64,000 bases of DNA from assembly GCA_048938105.1 (NCBI GenBank), contig JBHLMN010000022.1:32001-96000 (forward strand), given 5' to 3'. A program made the translations under genes and the position numbers. Shown here piece after piece: positions 60,682 through 64,000 of the stretch; the stretch's first letter is position 1, and each line of letters starts with the position of its first letter. Below the pieces are notes generated by a model that was not told where the DNA came from, did no database searches, and saw only the letters and a list, made by a program, of their open reading frames with translations. The stretch is from Promethearchaeota archaeon (GTDB lineage: Archaea; Asgardarchaeota; Heimdallarchaeia; Hodarchaeales; Hodarchaeaceae).

Positions 60682-63510
60682 TTATCCAATCTCGAAAGCG
60701 TCTAAACTACCAGCAAGGTCATTTTCAGCACAGAAAGCTACGACTAAAAAGAACCTTTCTAAAGATGACTCAATACCATTGATAAAATACATAACCCACA
60801 TGTACTCTGGAGCATTAATCCATCTTCTATTCGATGACGACTTCATCATTTGGTCAGTTGAAGCCGATATATCACAATCTTCAAATCTACCCCATAAGAA
60901 GCGAGTATCTGCTCCTCGGATAAGGGTACTTCCACTTTCTTGATCATTAAGATTCATTGCATGTCCAATCTCATGTGCTTCAAGGTAACTATTCCTCTCT
61001 GGTTTAGCACACCAATAGGCAATGGGAAAAGGCGTTCCGCCAAGGAAATCGGGTGGACCTGGCCACCCGATTCCTTTTTCTCTATCTCTTGCTTCTTTTG
61101 GAATAATCGCGCAATAAATCACTCCATCTTCGTAATCACCATTACTTAAGTGATCATCAAAGACGTCAAAGAAATCTGTTGACCAAAAAGCAGTTTGATA
61201 GAAATCATCATTATCGTTGAAATCAAAGTTGTTGTCACTAACATCTAGAGTTTCTATTCCTACAACATTAATACCATCCTCTAATGAAACTGGAAAAATC
61301 GAATGTAACTTCTCTATGCAGACATCTATCTCCTCATCCGAAGTTTCAAGACCATTAGTTTTAACTTTAAACATATAGATCTTCAAAGGAGATTTCTCTT
61401 CAAAGTTAACTGTCGTTGTAAATTCTACAGGTTGCCATGAAGCCCAATCATCAGTAGAAAACAATCTCACTTTCAGTTCTAGAGTTCCTTGTGAATAATT
61501 CTCTCTCAAGATGAATTTTAATCTAGGTCTACTGTTCTCCACGCTGTTATCTGGGGGTAAAGAATCCTCGGAAGGATAAGAAGTAACAATGTAGGGCCCT
61601 AATACTTCATCTCCGAGATATTGAGTAACATATAAGTAACCTGTGACATGATCCAGATTCGAACTCTTCCCAGATCCTGCGTAAACGCGAACAACAGTTT
61701 CCTTCCCTTTTATAAGTGGGATAATATTAGTTTTGGATGGTTCATCCATATTAAAACTCTGTATGGCTTGATTGACTTCTATGCTATATATTGTAACTTC
61801 AGTTGATTCTCTCAAATGAACAGTACTAATACTTTCCACGCTTCCACAACTATTCTCCGCTTCAATTCTTATTCTATAGTCATTATCAGTTGTTTCATTA
61901 TAAATTATTGTTATTGTTCCTGTAACTTCATTTCCACCATAATGACGTTCAATTTCTTCAAAAATTGTTGCCATTCCTCTATCAACTTCTTTTAAGATCC
62001 TGATTGATTCTGTTCCTGAATCTGCACTAATAACCTTCCAATCTACAACCAATGTGCCGTCTGGTTGAATAGAAGTTTCTTCTTCTCCATTAAGAACCAT
62101 AGTAATCTCAGGAATTGTCCCCCAGAACATATTAACAGCTGTCAATGGAGGTGTTGGGAAAACTGATACCTCTGTAAGAGCAAATGTTGGTCTCACTTCT
62201 ATTCCACAACTATGAAATTGGTTTCCTTCGTCCCTACCGTTAATTTTTCCTCGAGAAGTCCAAAGGATGTCTCCTACCCATTCTCTAAAAATAGCTAAAT
62301 CTTGGAACACTTGTTCATCTAGAAATCCGATAGGTCCACTTCTCGCCCATTCTGGGCACTCCAATTCAATAGAAATATCACTCCAATTATGATCTTCTAC
62401 TTCTGCACAGCGCCAAACCTTACCATAACCTGGAACTTCAAATGGCAAAAGAAGTCTTAAATTAGAATCCTCTGGGTGCATTCCAAATCCTTCTCCCTCT
62501 ATAGTAAGTGTATCACCAGAACATAAATGCCGAGGAGAAACATTAGTGATAATATCTGAAATTAAATAAGGAGAATCTGCAGGAAGGTGGTAAAACAAAG
62601 CTTTATAATTAAAAAATATTTCAAAAGCTATAAATCGTAATACTGAATAACAAAATATCCTATACTGTGTCGCGATTTCATAAAAATCAATATGAGGAAG
62701 ATCCTTGGGAGTAATATCTCTATCAAGACCTAAGTCTAAGATATCTTCTTGATCATCTTGAAAAGGATCAACAGGAGGGAGCTCACCATCAGGTGGGAAT
62801 CTACCACCTCTAGGATTAAAATCATCAGGACACATGCCTGGGATATCTTCTCCCCAATTACCTTCTCTTCCAAAGAAATTCATTTTATCGACAAATGGAT
62901 CTTTAATCCCTCTTTCCCTGAAATCATGTAAATCTCTATCAATAGATGTGATAATTTCATTACGCAAAAATAATGTATCTATTCTTCTTTGTATATCTAG
63001 CCATTCTTTTTCACTCCGAGCGGTCATTAATCCTGCTAATGTTAATTCAGTAAACATTGGTATATCTTTAACACAATTCTCTAAACAGAAAGATCCCCGT
63101 GGTTTAAAGAATCCCCTTTTCCATTTTCTCCCTCTAAAATCATTTGAAAATCCATAAAAGGGTTTGATACGAGATATCCACCTACGAAACTTAGAAACAG
63201 CTTGTGGTTCGAGAGCATAAACTCTTGGTGCTAGTTTTGACAAGGCATTTAATTCTGCAAGATCTTTTTGTATAGCTGTTCTTAATGATTTCCCAGTCCA
63301 AGGGAGGTTTTCTTCTACACTTATGATATCCATCGATTTTTCTATCTGGTCAAGTACTTCTTTACGTAAGACCCTTGGTGTTAATGCAGAAACATATTGA
63401 GGTAGTTTAGGTTTTTTTTTAAAATGAAAATCAATTTTTTTTCTCTTTTTCTTCTCAAGATATTGTTTAAAATAAAAAAATTCTCTTCTATACATCCCAA
63501 TCTCTTCCAT
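60682..63510 (-). CDS. Large protein with IPT/TIG-like domain and HEXXH zinc-metallopeptidase-like C-terminus
   Basis: ITNVSP..LCSGDTLTIEGEGFG (IPT/TIG); IEVNQAIQ...LIKGKETVVRVY; AHEIGHAMNL. Confidence 0.8.
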   Translation of the reverse strand: MEEIGMYRREFFYFKQYLEKKKRKKIDFHFKKKPKLPQYVSALTPRVLRKEVLDQIEKSMDIISVEENLPWTGKSLRTAIQKDLAELNALSKLAPRVYALEPQAVSKFRRWISRIKPFYGFSNDFRGRKWKRGFFKPRGSFCLENCVKDIPMFTELTLAGLMTARSEKEWLDIQRRIDTLFLRNEIITSIDRDLHDFRERGIKDPFVDKMNFFGREGNWGEDIPGMCPDDFNPRGGRFPPDGELPPVDPFQDDQEDILDLGLDRDITPKDLPHIDFYEIATQYRIFCYSVLRFIAFEIFFNYKALFYHLPADSPYLISDIITNVSPRHLCSGDTLTIEGEGFGMHPEDSNLRLLLPFEVPGYGKVWRCAEVEDHNWSDISIELECPEWARSGPIGFLDEQVFQDLAIFREWVGDILWTSRGKINGRDEGNQFHSCGIEVRPTFALTEVSVFPTPPLTAVNMFWGTIPEITMVLNGEEETSIQPDGTLVVDWKVISADSGTESIRILKEVDRGMATIFEEIERHYGGNEVTGTITIIYNETTDNDYRIRIEAENSCGSVESISTVHLRESTEVTIYSIEVNQAIQSFNMDEPSKTNIIPLIKGKETVVRVYAGSGKSSNLDHVTGYLYVTQYLGDEVLGPYIVTSYPSEDSLPPDNSVENSRPRLKFILRENYSQGTLELKVRLFSTDDWASWQPVEFTTTVNFEEKSPLKIYMFKVKTNGLETSDEEIDVCIEKLHSIFPVSLEDGINVVGIETLDVSDNNFDFNDNDDFYQTAFWSTDFFDVFDDHLSNGDYEDGVIYCAIIPKEARDREKGIGWPGPPDFLGGTPFPIAYWCAKPERNSYLEAHEIGHAMNLNDQESGSTLIRGADTRFLWGRFEDCDISASTDQMMKSSSNRRWINAPEYMWVMYFINGIESSLERFFLVVAFCAENDLAGSLDAFEIG

Positions 63511-63980
63511 TTATTGAAATGGATATAATAGTCTAGTATTTGTAGCATAATTTATAAACTTTTTACCATAAATTATCAATATACGATGTTCTGTAAACCT
63601 AAAATGCTTCTAGTTTAATTTTCCTATTGAAGATTGGCATTATCAATTTCTTCTTTCACGGTATTCACTCCCATAGCTTAAATTTTAATGAATAGTATAA
63701 AAATGTCAATAGAAAGGTTTAACACGATTGTTCTCTGCTCAAAAGCTTGAAATATTAATTTATTTAAAAGAAATTCCAATTAAAGAAGTTTGAAACTGTA
63801 TTCAAAAATTACTTTCTTATTGCCTAAGTTCCTGAAGAGAAAATAGTAGTAACCTCTGTCCCCCAATATCATATAAACCCAATCACCACGTACTTCGGAT
63901 CTCCAATCAAATGCGTGGGTGAAGAAAAAACGAAATCATTGAGGAAAGTGGCAACATTGAATGACCTATCTTCTGATTAA

Positions 63981-64000
63981 AGTGATTATTTACTCATGAA
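63981..64000 (+). repeat. Array boundary site, copy 13 (cut by window end)
   Basis: agtgattatttactcatgaa. Confidence 0.7.

Noticed and set aside
1-64000. Boundary repeats as a CRISPR array
   Set aside because: Spacing is kilobases with whole genes in between, and no cas genes are present
1-64000. Boundary repeats as classical integron attC sites or MITE/IS ends
   Set aside because: No RYYYAAC/GTTRRRY-bounded hairpin, no terminal inverted repeat pairs or target duplications, no IntI or transposase in the window

Overview
AT-rich archaeal accessory region, most likely from an Asgard (Heimdallarchaeia/Hodarchaeales-like) genome. The taxonomy is inferred from the TPR, LRR, Rab-like GTPase and PGF-type C-terminally anchored NosD/beta-helix protein families and from GGAGG/GGTGA Shine-Dalgarno motifs. 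No rRNA, tRNA, CRISPR, transposase or integrase was seen. About 39 CDS: many secreted or anchored beta-helix (NosD/CASH), Kelch and propeller surface proteins, FtsX/LolD-type ABC parts, an aldo/keto reductase, a VapBC-type pair, an NYN/OST-HTH protein, an RDD protein, a B12 radical SAM enzyme, LRR proteins, a HEXXH protease and one HerA/VirB4-like ATPase (49279-51495). The main structure is not visible in the ORF track. The window is cut into about 12 units of roughly 1.4-12 kb by about 13 same-orientation copies of one site (consensus GACTCACTCCTCCTAGGTATTGCATGAGTGCTTATTTACTCATGAAAAT, containing the dyad CATGAGT-N8-ACTCATG). The site overlaps the start of the ATPase gene. Most copies carry a variable-length remnant of the ATPase gene on the left and often a remnant of a small-GTPase 3' end on the right. 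Left and right flank variants are reassorted across copies, which points to crossover inside the site. Intergenic DNA is a mosaic of fragments of genes that are intact in other units. The working model (inference) is an undescribed integron-like tandem cassette array, or a pile-up of one integrative element, that amplifies, reshuffles and replaces surface-protein cargo. The recombinase is not in this window.
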